37,152 nucleotides of DNA from the NCBI GenBank assembly GCA_946625055.1, contig CAMOSS010000003.1:1-37152 (forward strand), given 5' to 3'. Position 1 is the first letter of the stretch. Each line of letters opens with the position of its first letter. Below are positions 17,536-27,034 of this stretch, one piece after another. Made by a program: the position numbers and the translations under genes. The notes below the pieces were generated by a model. That model was not told where the DNA came from. It saw nothing but the letters and a program-made list of their open reading frames with translations, and did not search any database. This stretch comes from an uncultured Bacillales bacterium. GTDB lineage: Bacteria > Bacillota_I > Bacilli_A > RFN20 > CAG-826.

Positions 17536-18543
17536 ATGAACGAAAAATATAGAAAATATGCTCTAGTCGAACTCCATCTCCATCTTGATGGTGCTTTATC
17601 AAGCAAGGCAATTATTGAAGTTGCAAAAAAAGAAGGTTTTGATCTTCCAACTTTTGATGAGGAGGAACTAAATAAGTATTTAGTTGTTCCAAAGAATTGC
17701 CAATCGCTAAATGAATATTTAGAAAAATTTGATATTCCTAATCTTGCTCTTCAAACAGAATTTGGTTTAAGAACATGCACATTAGATCTTCTAAAAAGAT
17801 TAAGTGAAGATGGCATCAAATATGTTGAAATTAGAATGGCTCCTCAACTATCCACTCAAGGAAAATTAACTCAAGAAGAAGTCGTTATTATTCTTATCAA
17901 TGTCCTAAGAATGGGTGAAGAATTATATGGCATCAAATCGAATCTTATCCTTTGTTTAATGAGAGGTGCTTCAAAAGAAAAGAATCTTGAAACTATTGAA
18001 GTAGCCAGAAGATATTTAAATCACGGGGTAGTCTTATTAGACTTTGCTGGAGCAGAAGCCTTATGGCCAAATGATATTTATCTTGATGAATTTAAAATCA
18101 TTAATGGTTATAATATTCCCTTCACTAATCACGCTGGAGAAGCCTTAGGTGCTGGCTCAGTTAAAATAGCTCTTGATAATGGAGCGGTGAGAATTGGCCA
18201 TGGAACCCATTCTTATCAAGATGAAGAAGTGATGAAATATTTAATCGAACACAAGATTCCTTTAGAGATGTGTCCAACTTCAAATATTGATACAAAGGCT
18301 ATCAAGAATTATCAAGAAATGCCAATAAAGCAATACCTTGATAGGGGTATAATCGTGACCTTATCAACAGATGATCCAACTGTTTCAAATGTCACTTTAA
18401 AAGATGAATATGCACATCTTCAAAATGATATGGGTTTATCAGATGATGACCTACATACAATCGCATTAAATACCATTAACGCCGCAAGATTAAGCGAAGA
18501 AGAAAAAGAACAATTAAGACAAATATTGGAGAAAAACCTATGA
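17536..18543 (+). CDS. add: Adenosine/adenine deaminase
   Basis: ELHLHLDG, YVEIRMAP, DFAGAE, HAGE, RIGHG, CPTSN, STDDP. Confidence 0.93.
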   Translation: MNEKYRKYALVELHLHLDGALSSKAIIEVAKKEGFDLPTFDEEELNKYLVVPKNCQSLNEYLEKFDIPNLALQTEFGLRTCTLDLLKRLSEDGIKYVEIRMAPQLSTQGKLTQEEVVIILINVLRMGEELYGIKSNLILCLMRGASKEKNLETIEVARRYLNHGVVLLDFAGAEALWPNDIYLDEFKIINGYNIPFTNHAGEALGAGSVKIALDNGAVRIGHGTHSYQDEEVMKYLIEHKIPLEMCPTSNIDTKAIKNYQEMPIKQYLDRGIIVTLSTDDPTVSNVTLKDEYAHLQNDMGLSDDDLHTIALNTINAARLSEEEKEQLRQILEKNL

Positions 18544-20027
18544 ATTTCTTGGATAAATTTTTCCATTATAAAGAAAAAGGCAGTTCACTTAAAACTGAAA
18601 TAATAGGTGGTTTAGTCACATTTATCGCAATGTGTTATATCCTACCACTTAATGCCTCAATCCTCAGCTCTATGGGCATGTCAAGAGTTGGTGTTTTCAC
18701 CATGACCGCTCTTGTTTCGTTCCTTGTAACAATGATTATGGCCCTCGATGCCAAGTACCCAATTGTCCTTTCCACAGGTATGGGTCTTAATGCTTTTGTT
18801 GCCTACACTTTATCAAATGCTTTATTTACTAGTTGGCAACAAAAATTAATTCTCTTAACAATCTCTGGTCTCATATTCTTTGTCTTCTCATTAACTCCAG
18901 TGAGAAAACTTATTATCGAATCTATTCCTAAAGATCTGAAATGTGTAATTTCTGCTGCTTTAGGATCATTCATCTTATTTGTTGGTTTAAAGAACTCAGG
19001 CATTGTTGCCCCTCATCCATCCACACTTGTATCCATGGGTAACTTGCTTAACCCTGCTGTTCTTGTGGGTTTACTCGCCATATGTTTAGGAGTTGGTCTC
19101 ACCTTCTCAAAACGTAAAATGATATCCACTCTTGCTATCCCAATTTCAGTTTTGTTTGCCGCAGTCGTTGGTTTAGTGGTTTCTATTATTCTCAAAGAGA
19201 ATGGTTTATTAATTTCTACCGAGGCTGGTTGGGTTTATAACTTTGGTGAGAATAATCCTATTACCGGTGCACAAGCATTCTTACCTATTCCACCATGGTA
19301 TGATTCATCATTAAAATTTGGACTTGAAGTTGGTGAGATGAAGAAAGTCTTTATGTTTGGTTTATTAACTGAAGATTATACAGGGGCTAACTTTAGAGAT
19401 GATATTTTACATGTCGTCACTACACCTGCCTCATATGTAGCTATATTCTCACTTATCTTTGTTGGTTTATTTGATACCACTGCAACATTAATTTCTATCG
19501 GTGATAAAACTGGTTTAATCGATGAAAATGGTGAGATGAAGAATTATAGAAAAGCTGTTCTTGCAGACGCTACAGGCGCACTTATCTGTGCTCCACTTGG
19601 CACCTCCACTGTTACATCATTTGCTGAAAGCAATGTCGGTGTTTCTTTAGGTGCTAGAACCGGTTTAGCCGCCGCTGTCAGTGCTATCTTATTCTTCTTA
19701 AGTGTCTTTATTTATCCAATCTTCTCCATCTTTACTGCCGGAAGTGTTACTGTCTCAGCCCTCGTACTTGTTGGTATAACAATTGTTATTGGAGCCTTTA
19801 AAGGTATTAACTATAAAGATCCAGTCAATATCTTCACTGCAATATTTGGCGTCGCCTTCGCAGTTCTAACATATTCCATTTCTAACGGTATCGGTGTGGC
19901 TTTAATAATATATTGTCTCATTCTTATATTCTCAAGAAGAGCAAAAGAAATCCCACCAGTAATCGGAGTTATTGCTAGCCTCTTCCTGGTGAGTTTCGCA
20001 TTGAATGCAGTAATGCAGTTACTATAA
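18540..20027 (+). CDS. NCS2/AzgA family purine permease (PbuG/PbuO-like)
   Basis: TEIIGGLVTFIAMCYI, GMGLNAF, FDTTAT, GTSTVTSFAES, GARTGL; ATGA overlap with add. Confidence 0.92.
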   Translation: MNFLDKFFHYKEKGSSLKTEIIGGLVTFIAMCYILPLNASILSSMGMSRVGVFTMTALVSFLVTMIMALDAKYPIVLSTGMGLNAFVAYTLSNALFTSWQQKLILLTISGLIFFVFSLTPVRKLIIESIPKDLKCVISAALGSFILFVGLKNSGIVAPHPSTLVSMGNLLNPAVLVGLLAICLGVGLTFSKRKMISTLAIPISVLFAAVVGLVVSIILKENGLLISTEAGWVYNFGENNPITGAQAFLPIPPWYDSSLKFGLEVGEMKKVFMFGLLTEDYTGANFRDDILHVVTTPASYVAIFSLIFVGLFDTTATLISIGDKTGLIDENGEMKNYRKAVLADATGALICAPLGTSTVTSFAESNVGVSLGARTGLAAAVSAILFFLSVFIYPIFSIFTAGSVTVSALVLVGITIVIGAFKGINYKDPVNIFTAIFGVAFAVLTYSISNGIGVALIIYCLILIFSRRAKEIPPVIGVIASLFLVSFALNAVMQLL

Positions 20028-20058
20028 AAAATAACACCACTCATTTGAGTGGTGTTTT
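20026..20058. terminator. Bidirectional intrinsic terminator between permease and clpB
   Basis: AACACCACTC-ATTT-GAGTGGTGTT flanked by A and T tracts. Confidence 0.88.
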
Positions 20059-20060
20059 GA

Positions 20061-22172
20061 TTATAATTCTTTGATAAAGACTTTGTCTTTGTAATCAACA
20101 AGGTATTTATGTTTTGTATCGATATTGCCTTGAACAATTTCGTTTGCGAGCAAGGTCTCAACATTGTTTTGAATAAATCTCTTAATTGGTCTTGCCCCAT
20201 ATGTCATAGAGAATGACCTATCAAGGATATAATCTTTCAAAGCATCAGAGAATTCGAATGAATAATAAGATTCTTGAAGTCTCTTATTAAGATCGTTAAG
20301 CATCTTATCAACAATCTTTCTTTGTGTCTCTTTACCTAAAGGTAAGAAGTAGACAATTTCATCGATACGGTTTAAGAACTCTGGCTTGAATGTTTGATGT
20401 AATAAAGCATCAACTTTTTCTCTTTCATTATTTAAAAGATATTCACTACCAAGGTTTGAAGTCATGATGATAATTGTATTTCTAAAGTCCACAACTCTTC
20501 CTTGTGAATCTGTTAATCTTCCATCATCAAGAACTTGAAGCAAAAGGTTAAAGACTTCTGGGTGAGCTTTTTCAATTTCATCGAATAAGACGATTGAATA
20601 TGGATTTCTTCTTACGGCTTCAGTAAGTTGGCCACCTTCTTCATATCCGACATATCCTGGAGGGGCACCAATAAGTCTTGATGTCGAGTATTTCTCCATA
20701 TATTCAGACATATCAATTCTAATGATATGACTTTCTGAATCGAACAAGGATTCTGCCAGTGCTTTAGCGACTTCGGTTTTACCAACACCAGTAGGACCTA
20801 AGAACATAAATGATCCAATTGGTCTTCTGGCATCTTTAATTCCGGCTCTTTGACGGAGAATCGCGTTGCTCACTAATGAAAGAGCTTCATCTTGTCCAAT
20901 GACTCTCTTAGAAAGGGTTTTCTTTAAATCCAAAACCTTTTCTCTATCACCTTTCTCTATCTTTGATAGAGGAATGTTTGTCATCTTTGAAATAATCTTG
21001 GCGATTTCTTCTTCGTCAACAACTTCAGAAATAAGTCTTTCACTATTCTCATTTACATCGAGGTTCTTAAGTTTATTCTCGAGTTCAGGAATAATCTTAT
21101 ATTGAAGTTCACCAGCTTTTTGATATTCAGAACGAGATAAGGCAATATCAAGATCAAACTTTGCTTGTTGAAGTTTTTCTTTGATACCTTTGGCGTTAGA
21201 GATTTGTTCTTTCTCTTGTTTCCATTTCTTTGTTAACTCTTCATCTTGTTTTTTAAGACCGCTGAGTTCTTCATTAACGTCATTCAAACGTTTTTTAGAA
21301 GCGTCATCAGATTCTTTTGAAAGAGCAGCTTTTTCAATTTCAAGTTGTCTAATACGTCTTTCAAGATTATCGAGTTCACTTGGCATAGATGAAATCTCCA
21401 CTTTAATAGAAGCACAGGCTTCATCCACCAAGTCGATAGCCTTATCAGGAAGGAATCTAGATGTTAAATATCTATTTGATAATGTCGCCGCAGCGATCAA
21501 AGCGTTATCAGTGATTTTAACACCATGATATGTCTCAAATCTGTTCTTTAGACCTCTTAAAATTGTAATTGTATCTTCCACGCTTGGTTCGTTAATCAAA
21601 ACAGGTTGGAATCTTCTTTCAAGGGCTCTATCCTTTTCAATATATTGTCTATATTCATTTAAAGTAGTTGCACCGATACAATCGATTTCACCTCTAGCAA
21701 GCATTGGTTTAAGCATATTAGAAGCATCAAGTGCGCCATCAGTTCTACCAGCACCCACAATTAAATGAATTTCATCGATGAAAAGAATGATCTTTCCTTC
21801 TGATTCCTTAATCTTATTAAGGACAGCTTTGAGTCTTTCCTCAAACTCACCACGATATTTTGCACCTGCAACAAGTGCACCCATATCGAGTTCATAGATG
21901 GTTTTATCCTTTAAGATATCAGGAACATCATCTTTAACAATACGTTCCGCAAGACCTTCAAGAATAGCGGTTTTACCAACACCAGGTTCACCTAGTAAGA
22001 TAACGTTATTCTTTGTTTTACGTGCGAGTATTTCGATGATTTTTCTAATTTCTTCATCTCTCCCTATAACAGGGTCAATTTTGCCCTTCTTAACTTCTTC
22101 ATTGATATTTCTTCCGAATTTCTGAAGGACGTCTTTATCATTTTCATAATCAGGCATTTGATTCATTTGCAT
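20061..22172 (-). CDS. clpB: ClpB disaggregase lacking the N-terminal domain (703 aa)
   Basis: [10 protein letters not shown] within the first ~40 aa, [14 protein letters not shown], coiled-coil M domain, [26 protein letters not shown]; start at 22172 set by AAGGAGG RBS. Confidence 0.93.
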   Translation of the reverse strand: MQMNQMPDYENDKDVLQKFGRNINEEVKKGKIDPVIGRDEEIRKIIEILARKTKNNVILLGEPGVGKTAILEGLAERIVKDDVPDILKDKTIYELDMGALVAGAKYRGEFEERLKAVLNKIKESEGKIILFIDEIHLIVGAGRTDGALDASNMLKPMLARGEIDCIGATTLNEYRQYIEKDRALERRFQPVLINEPSVEDTITILRGLKNRFETYHGVKITDNALIAAATLSNRYLTSRFLPDKAIDLVDEACASIKVEISSMPSELDNLERRIRQLEIEKAALSKESDDASKKRLNDVNEELSGLKKQDEELTKKWKQEKEQISNAKGIKEKLQQAKFDLDIALSRSEYQKAGELQYKIIPELENKLKNLDVNENSERLISEVVDEEEIAKIISKMTNIPLSKIEKGDREKVLDLKKTLSKRVIGQDEALSLVSNAILRQRAGIKDARRPIGSFMFLGPTGVGKTEVAKALAESLFDSESHIIRIDMSEYMEKYSTSRLIGAPPGYVGYEEGGQLTEAVRRNPYSIVLFDEIEKAHPEVFNLLLQVLDDGRLTDSQGRVVDFRNTIIIMTSNLGSEYLLNNEREKVDALLHQTFKPEFLNRIDEIVYFLPLGKETQRKIVDKMLNDLNKRLQESYYSFEFSDALKDYILDRSFSMTYGARPIKRFIQNNVETLLANEIVQGNIDTKHKYLVDYKDKVFIKEL

Positions 22173-22195
22173 AGTTTTTGTCCTCCTTACAATTC

Positions 22196-22223
22196 CATTA
22201 TAATCCAATTTTAGCACTCTGCA
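22196..22223 (-). promoter_or_regulatory. sigma-A promoter of clpB
   Basis: TTGCAG, 16 bp, TATAAT; the -35 lies inside CIRCE. Confidence 0.7.
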
Positions 22224-22237
22224 AGTGTGAGTGCTAA
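22211..22237. promoter_or_regulatory. CIRCE element (HrcA operator)
   Basis: Exact TTAGCACTC-N9-GAGTGCTAA upstream of clpB. Confidence 0.97.
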
Positions 22238-22268
22238 TTTTTTTATATTAATCTTTGATTAAAATTAT

Positions 22269-22300
22269 TAAAAAAGACCTCTTCTTCACTAAAAGAGGCC
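22269..22300 (-). terminator. Intrinsic terminator after upp-prs-hpt
   Basis: Minus strand GGCCTCTT...AAGAGGTC then a T run. Confidence 0.8.
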
Positions 22301-22321
22301 ATTTTTTATTGCTATATACGA

Positions 22322-22885
22322 TTATTTTTCGTCGTTTTTAATTATGCTATCGAGCTTTTCAACATCTTCTTTACTAGCCCCATAGACATAAGGGATATTT
22401 CTTTCGAGTTCGTTGTAATCAAGACCATAACCGATTAAGAAATCATTTCCTTCTAATTCTTTACCAACAAAATCGACTTGGACATCCACCACTCTAGCTG
22501 GTTTTTTATCAAAGAGAGAACAGACGTAGACTCTTTTTGGAGAGTGTGTCTTTACGTGTTGAATGAGATAATGCATCGAACGACCAGTATCTACAACATC
22601 TTCGATAATGACAACAGAACGACCAGTGCATTCAAACGATAAATCTTTTAATAATTGAATACGACCAGTAGATCTTGTTCCGGCATAGGATGAGATTTGA
22701 ATATAATCAGTAAAAATAGGGATATCAATATATTTAATTAAATCCATCATGAAATTCACTGATCCTTTAAGGACACCGACAAGAACAGGAACTTTTTCTT
22801 CTTCTCTTAATAAGTCGGAGATTTCTTTTCCTAGTCTTTTACAAATTTCTTGGATTTGTTCTTGGCTTAAAATTATTTTTCCCAT
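22322..22885 (-). CDS. hpt: Hypoxanthine phosphoribosyltransferase
   Basis: VGVLKGS, ISSY, IIEDVVDTG, FLIGYGLDY, RNIP. Confidence 0.95.
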   Translation of the reverse strand: MGKIILSQEQIQEICKRLGKEISDLLREEEKVPVLVGVLKGSVNFMMDLIKYIDIPIFTDYIQISSYAGTRSTGRIQLLKDLSFECTGRSVVIIEDVVDTGRSMHYLIQHVKTHSPKRVYVCSLFDKKPARVVDVQVDFVGKELEGNDFLIGYGLDYNELERNIPYVYGASKEDVEKLDSIIKNDEK

Positions 22886-22887
22886 AA

Positions 22888-23847
22888 CTAGTTATTTTCC
22901 TTAATGAATCTTTGGTGAACATCAAATAATGATGTGCCTTCTTCTAAGGCGACAATGATGTTTCCAATAAGTGGAGCAAGTGAGACAACATCAATCTTAT
23001 CTGATTTCTTTTCTTCTGTAAGAGGAATGGAATCAGTGATTACAAGTTTTTCAAGTTTAGAATTGTTAATCTTTTGAACTGCGTCATGTGAAAGAACTCC
23101 ATGAGAAATAGCAGCATAAACTTTCTTTGCTCCTAATTCATATAATTTTTCAATGGCGACACAAAGTGTTCCAGCAGTATCAACGATATCATCAACAATG
23201 ATACAAGTTTTATCTTTAACATCACCAACGATAGACATAATTTCAGCCTTATTTGGTTCTGGTCTTCTCTTATCAATAACCGCGATAGGAGCGTTAAATT
23301 TCTCGGCTAATTTGGAAGTTCTTACTAACCCACCATGGTCAGGAGAAACACAGACGATATCTTCTAAATTAAGTTTTGAGAAGTACTTATAGAAGAGTGG
23401 AATTGGGTTAGCGTCATCGACAGGAACATTGAAGAATCCAGCGATTTGAGAAGTATGTAAATCTGTACAAACAAGACGATTCATACCGGCAGTTTCCAGT
23501 AAATCCGCCACTAATTTAGCAGAAATTGGTTGTCTTGGTTTAGCTTTTCTATCTTGTCTTGCATATCCATAATATGGAATGATACAAGTGATTGATTTAG
23601 CGCTTGCTCTCTTGCATGCATCGATACAAAGAAGTAATTCCATTAACCTCTCTGTAACTGGAGGACATGTTGATTGAATGATGTAGACATTGTCTCCTCT
23701 AAATGACTTTGAGGCTTCAAAAAGCATCTCTCCATCAGCGAAGTGCATAATCTTGGTTGGAAGAAGTTCAGCCTTAATTCTATTAGCCACAGATTGGGCC
23801 ATTTCTTGGTTTGCGTTTAAGGCAATGATTTTAATTCTGTCTGCCAT
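22888..23847 (-). CDS. prs: Ribose-phosphate pyrophosphokinase
   Basis: FADGE, PYYGYARQDRK, DLHTSQIAGFF, VSPDHGG, VDDIVDTAGT. Confidence 0.97.
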   Translation of the reverse strand: MADRIKIIALNANQEMAQSVANRIKAELLPTKIMHFADGEMLFEASKSFRGDNVYIIQSTCPPVTERLMELLLCIDACKRASAKSITCIIPYYGYARQDRKAKPRQPISAKLVADLLETAGMNRLVCTDLHTSQIAGFFNVPVDDANPIPLFYKYFSKLNLEDIVCVSPDHGGLVRTSKLAEKFNAPIAVIDKRRPEPNKAEIMSIVGDVKDKTCIIVDDIVDTAGTLCVAIEKLYELGAKKVYAAISHGVLSHDAVQKINNSKLEKLVITDSIPLTEEKKSDKIDVVSLAPLIGNIIVALEEGTSLFDVHQRFIKENN

Positions 23848-24509
23848 TATTCGTTTCCTCCTCTGACCACTGTGCCAAATGTTCTATCACCACAATCGCC
23901 TAAGCCTGGGCAGATGTATGCATTTTCGTTTAAGCATCTATCAAGGGCGCCGATATAAAGTGGAATTTCTGGATATGTTTTATTAAATGCTTCAACACCT
24001 TCTGGAGCAGCAATAATACAAATGAATGTAATGTTTTTTGCCCCATGCTTTTTAAGCATCTTCACTGCATCGATAGCAGATCCACCGGTCGCAAGCATTG
24101 GGTCGATAACAAAGACTTCTTTTTCTTCGATATCATCAGGAAGTTTACAGTAATATTCGACAGGTTGATGTGTAACTTCATCTCTATATAAACCGATGTG
24201 ACCGAATGTGGAGCCTGGGACCAAATCTCCCATACCATCCGCCATGCCTAAGCCCGCTCTTAAGATTGGGACGAAGCATAATCTCTTACGGTCAACAACT
24301 GGTTGAATTGTTTTTTCAATTGGGGTTTCAATTTCCACCATTCTCACTGGGAGATGGCGAAGTGCTTCATAGCCTTCCAATATGGCTATTTCTTTGACCA
24401 TCAAACGAAATTGATTGGTCTTTGTGTTTTTGTCTCTTAATTGAGTAATTTTGTGTTTAAGTAATGGATGATCGAGAAGAATGACATTCTTTTCATTTAC
24501 TAATTCCAT
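23847..24509 (-). CDS. upp: Uracil phosphoribosyltransferase
   Basis: PILRAGLGM, GHIGLYRDE, DPMLATGGS, PGLGDCGDR; AGGAGG RBS. Confidence 0.97.
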   Translation of the reverse strand: MELVNEKNVILLDHPLLKHKITQLRDKNTKTNQFRLMVKEIAILEGYEALRHLPVRMVEIETPIEKTIQPVVDRKRLCFVPILRAGLGMADGMGDLVPGSTFGHIGLYRDEVTHQPVEYYCKLPDDIEEKEVFVIDPMLATGGSAIDAVKMLKKHGAKNITFICIIAAPEGVEAFNKTYPEIPLYIGALDRCLNENAYICPGLGDCGDRTFGTVVRGGNE

Positions 24510-24565
24510 ACTTTTTTCCTCCTTCTAAAAGTTCGATTAACTTTATAGTTTTTATATTATAAACT

Positions 24566-25255
24566 TTAGTAACCTCTTAATGAGACATCATCAATTGAGC
24601 CTTTAAAGACTTCCAAGAATTCTTTGGCAACTTTTTCTTCGACTTCATGTAAACCATCTTCAATACAGGTTCCATGATCGACGAATTTTTGAAGACGATA
24701 CTTCTTTGCCCCTTTGATGAGTTTAAGAATTCCTTTCATGTCATTCAAATCATGATGTTCTTTGATTAATGTGGTTCTAAATTCATAATCAAGTTTGCTG
24801 TTCATAATTATTGATATAGTTTCTTTGATCTTTTCCATATCTATAACTCTTCCAGCGGTTAATGAGTATTTTTCTTCACTGTTTTTGATATCCATTGCAA
24901 TATAATCTAAAAGATTATTATCGAGCAAATCCTTAACCACTTCTGGGTGTGTTCCATTCGTGTCTAGTTTTACTAGATATCCAAGTTCTTTAATTTCAGT
25001 GATGAATTCTTTAAGGTTTTTAACAAGAGTTGGTTCTCCACCACTAATAGTGACAGCGTCGACAACATTTCTTCTTTTTCTTAAATAGTCCATGACATCC
25101 TCATAAGGAATATCTTCTGCTTCATCTTTTCCTAAAACCAAAGATGAGTTATGACAGAAAGGACATCTCATATTGCAGTTTGAAAAGAATAAAGTCGCGG
25201 ATACTTTATCGTCATAATCTAAAAGTGAGAATTTTTCAAAACCTTTAATACCCAT
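24566..25255 (-). CDS. nrdG: Radical SAM activase, anaerobic ribonucleotide reductase activating protein family
   Basis: SLLDYDDK, CNMRCPFCHN, SGGEPT, KLDTNG, YIAMDIK, YEFRTT. Confidence 0.85.
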   Translation of the reverse strand: MGIKGFEKFSLLDYDDKVSATLFFSNCNMRCPFCHNSSLVLGKDEAEDIPYEDVMDYLRKRRNVVDAVTISGGEPTLVKNLKEFITEIKELGYLVKLDTNGTHPEVVKDLLDNNLLDYIAMDIKNSEEKYSLTAGRVIDMEKIKETISIIMNSKLDYEFRTTLIKEHHDLNDMKGILKLIKGAKKYRLQKFVDHGTCIEDGLHEVEEKVAKEFLEVFKGSIDDVSLRGY

Positions 25256-25284
25256 ACTTCATAAATATTAACTTTAATTTTATT

Positions 25285-25311
25285 AAAAATAAAGAGCCCG
25301 AGCGGACTCTT
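25285..25311 (-). terminator. Intrinsic terminator after the DUF898 gene
   Basis: Minus strand AGAGTCC-GCTC-GGGCTCT then TTATTTTT. Confidence 0.75.
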
Positions 25312-25326
25312 ATTATTTTTTAAAGA

Positions 25327-25902
25327 CTATTCCTCTGCAAAGTGGATACGAGCGGTGATCCATCTCTTCCACTTCATTGGGACCCATAAACCGAAGATAC
25401 CAGCGGTAATAATAGTTAATAACATCCAAAGAATGTTCTTACCAATGATTTGCCCAGGTTTACCGGTGAATCTAAGTCTTCTACCATTGATGATTGTGTG
25501 TTTACAATCCCATGCTACCAATTTACAAATGGCCCATGGATACATGATACCGAGGGTAATAATTGTGAGAAGTCCACCTAAAAGTGACCATCCAATAACT
25601 TGGATTAATTTACCATCGTGTTTGGAAACGGAATTAAGTGCTAAGACTTTTTCACCTTCTTGTGGTTGTTCCTCAACAGGAGCTGGCACCACAGCTTGTT
25701 CTTCTTGAACTGGTGCTAATTCTTGTTTTGGGGCTACCTCTGGAGCTGGTTGTTGTTGGGCTGGTTCAGCTTGTTGAACAGGAGCTGGTTTTTTCTCTTC
25801 TTCTTTAGCTGGTTGTCCGTATTGCATATGTCTTCCGCATTTTGGACACTTTTCTAGTTGGCCTTCATAAACTTGGCCACAATTTGAACATTTGTATTTC
25901 AT
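25327..25902 (-). CDS. Zinc ribbon + Pro/Gln/Glu/Ala linker + DUF898 (YjgN-like) membrane protein
   Basis: CSNC...CPKC; low-complexity linker; duplicated LLTIITLGIMYPW / LLTIITAGIFGLW and INGRRLRFTG; TATAAT and AGGGGG upstream. Confidence 0.8.
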   Translation of the reverse strand: MKYKCSNCGQVYEGQLEKCPKCGRHMQYGQPAKEEEKKPAPVQQAEPAQQQPAPEVAPKQELAPVQEEQAVVPAPVEEQPQEGEKVLALNSVSKHDGKLIQVIGWSLLGGLLTIITLGIMYPWAICKLVAWDCKHTIINGRRLRFTGKPGQIIGKNILWMLLTIITAGIFGLWVPMKWKRWITARIHFAEE

Positions 25903-25924
25903 AAATGTTTCCCCCTATGATTAT

Positions 25925-25952
25925 AAAAAAACAAACTCAAAAGAGTTTGTTT
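25925..25952 (-). terminator. Intrinsic terminator after fba
   Basis: Minus strand AAACAAACTC-TTTT-GAGTTTGTTT then TTTT. Confidence 0.8.
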
Positions 25953-25963
25953 AATTAACGAAT

Positions 25964-26944
25964 TTAGATTTTATCGTTGGAGCCTAAGACTTCTGTGATC
26001 TTGTGTTTAACAAGTTGTTTAACATAGGCTCTTCCATCACCAATATATTGACGTGGGTCAAAGTGTTCTGGATGTTGATTGAAGTGTTCACGAATACCGG
26101 CTGTCATGGCTAAACGTAAGTCACTATCAATATTAATCTTACAGACTGCTAATCTTGCAGCTTGTCTTAATTGAGCTTCTGGGACACCAACTGCATCAAC
26201 AAGTTTGCCACCATTATCATTGATAATCTTGACATATTCTTGGTTAACAGAGGATGAACCGTGTAAGACGATTGGGAATCCTGGGAGTCTCTTACTGACT
26301 TCTTCTAAGATGTCGAATCTTAATGGAGGAGGTAAAAGAATTCCTGTTTTTGGATCACGTGTGCATTGTTCTGGTCTGAACTTATAAGCACCATGGCTTG
26401 TTCCGATAGCGATTGCTAAGCTATCACAACCTGTTCTACGAACAAATTCTTCAACGTCTTCTGGTCTTGTATATGATTCAGCACCATGTTCAACTTTAAC
26501 ATCATCTTCAATACCAGCTAATGTACCGAGTTCAGCTTCAACGGTAACATATGGGTGTTTAGATGTGTCGTGAGCGTATTCGACGACTTTTCTTGTGATT
26601 TCGATGTTTTCTTCAAATGGTTTTGAAGACATATCGATCATGACACTTGTGAAACCATCATCGATACATTCTTTACACATTTCAAAGGATGAACCGTGGT
26701 CTAAGTGAAGAACGATTGGTAATCCTGTATCTTCTGCAGCAGCTTCAACCATTTTCCTTAAATAAACTGGTTTAGCATATTTTCTTGCTCCAGATGAAAC
26801 TTGGAGAATAACTGGTGAGTTGCATTCTTTTGCAGCTTCAGTAATAGCTTGAACGATTTCCATGTTATTGCAGTTAAAAGCACCGATAGCATATCCACCT
26901 TCATAAGCTTTTTTAAACATTTCAATTGTGTTTACTAATGGCAT
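25964..26944 (-). CDS. fba: Class II fructose-1,6-bisphosphate aldolase
   Basis: YAIGAFN, LHLDHG, SVMID, VEAELG, IGTSHG, VLHGSS, KINIDSD, FDPRQY; start MPLV at 26944 preferred. Confidence 0.96.
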   Translation of the reverse strand: MPLVNTIEMFKKAYEGGYAIGAFNCNNMEIVQAITEAAKECNSPVILQVSSGARKYAKPVYLRKMVEAAAEDTGLPIVLHLDHGSSFEMCKECIDDGFTSVMIDMSSKPFEENIEITRKVVEYAHDTSKHPYVTVEAELGTLAGIEDDVKVEHGAESYTRPEDVEEFVRRTGCDSLAIAIGTSHGAYKFRPEQCTRDPKTGILLPPPLRFDILEEVSKRLPGFPIVLHGSSSVNQEYVKIINDNGGKLVDAVGVPEAQLRQAARLAVCKINIDSDLRLAMTAGIREHFNQHPEHFDPRQYIGDGRAYVKQLVKHKITEVLGSNDKI

Positions 26945-27034
26945 ATTATTTGTAACCTGTCCTTTTTTCACAAATCATTATAGATGATTATTTATTAATA
27001 GTCATGCAAAATACTATTTTGAAATGACTGTTAT

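Noticed and set aside
20061-22172. clpB as a truncated pseudogene
   Set aside because: Intact promoter, CIRCE and RBS sit directly before the short start, and both AAA+ modules are complete.
11645-25311. Shared AGAGCCCG...CGGACTCT motif at 11651 and 25293 as a REP/MITE repeat
   Set aside because: Only two short copies, both directly after stop codons with U tracts; explained as similar terminators.
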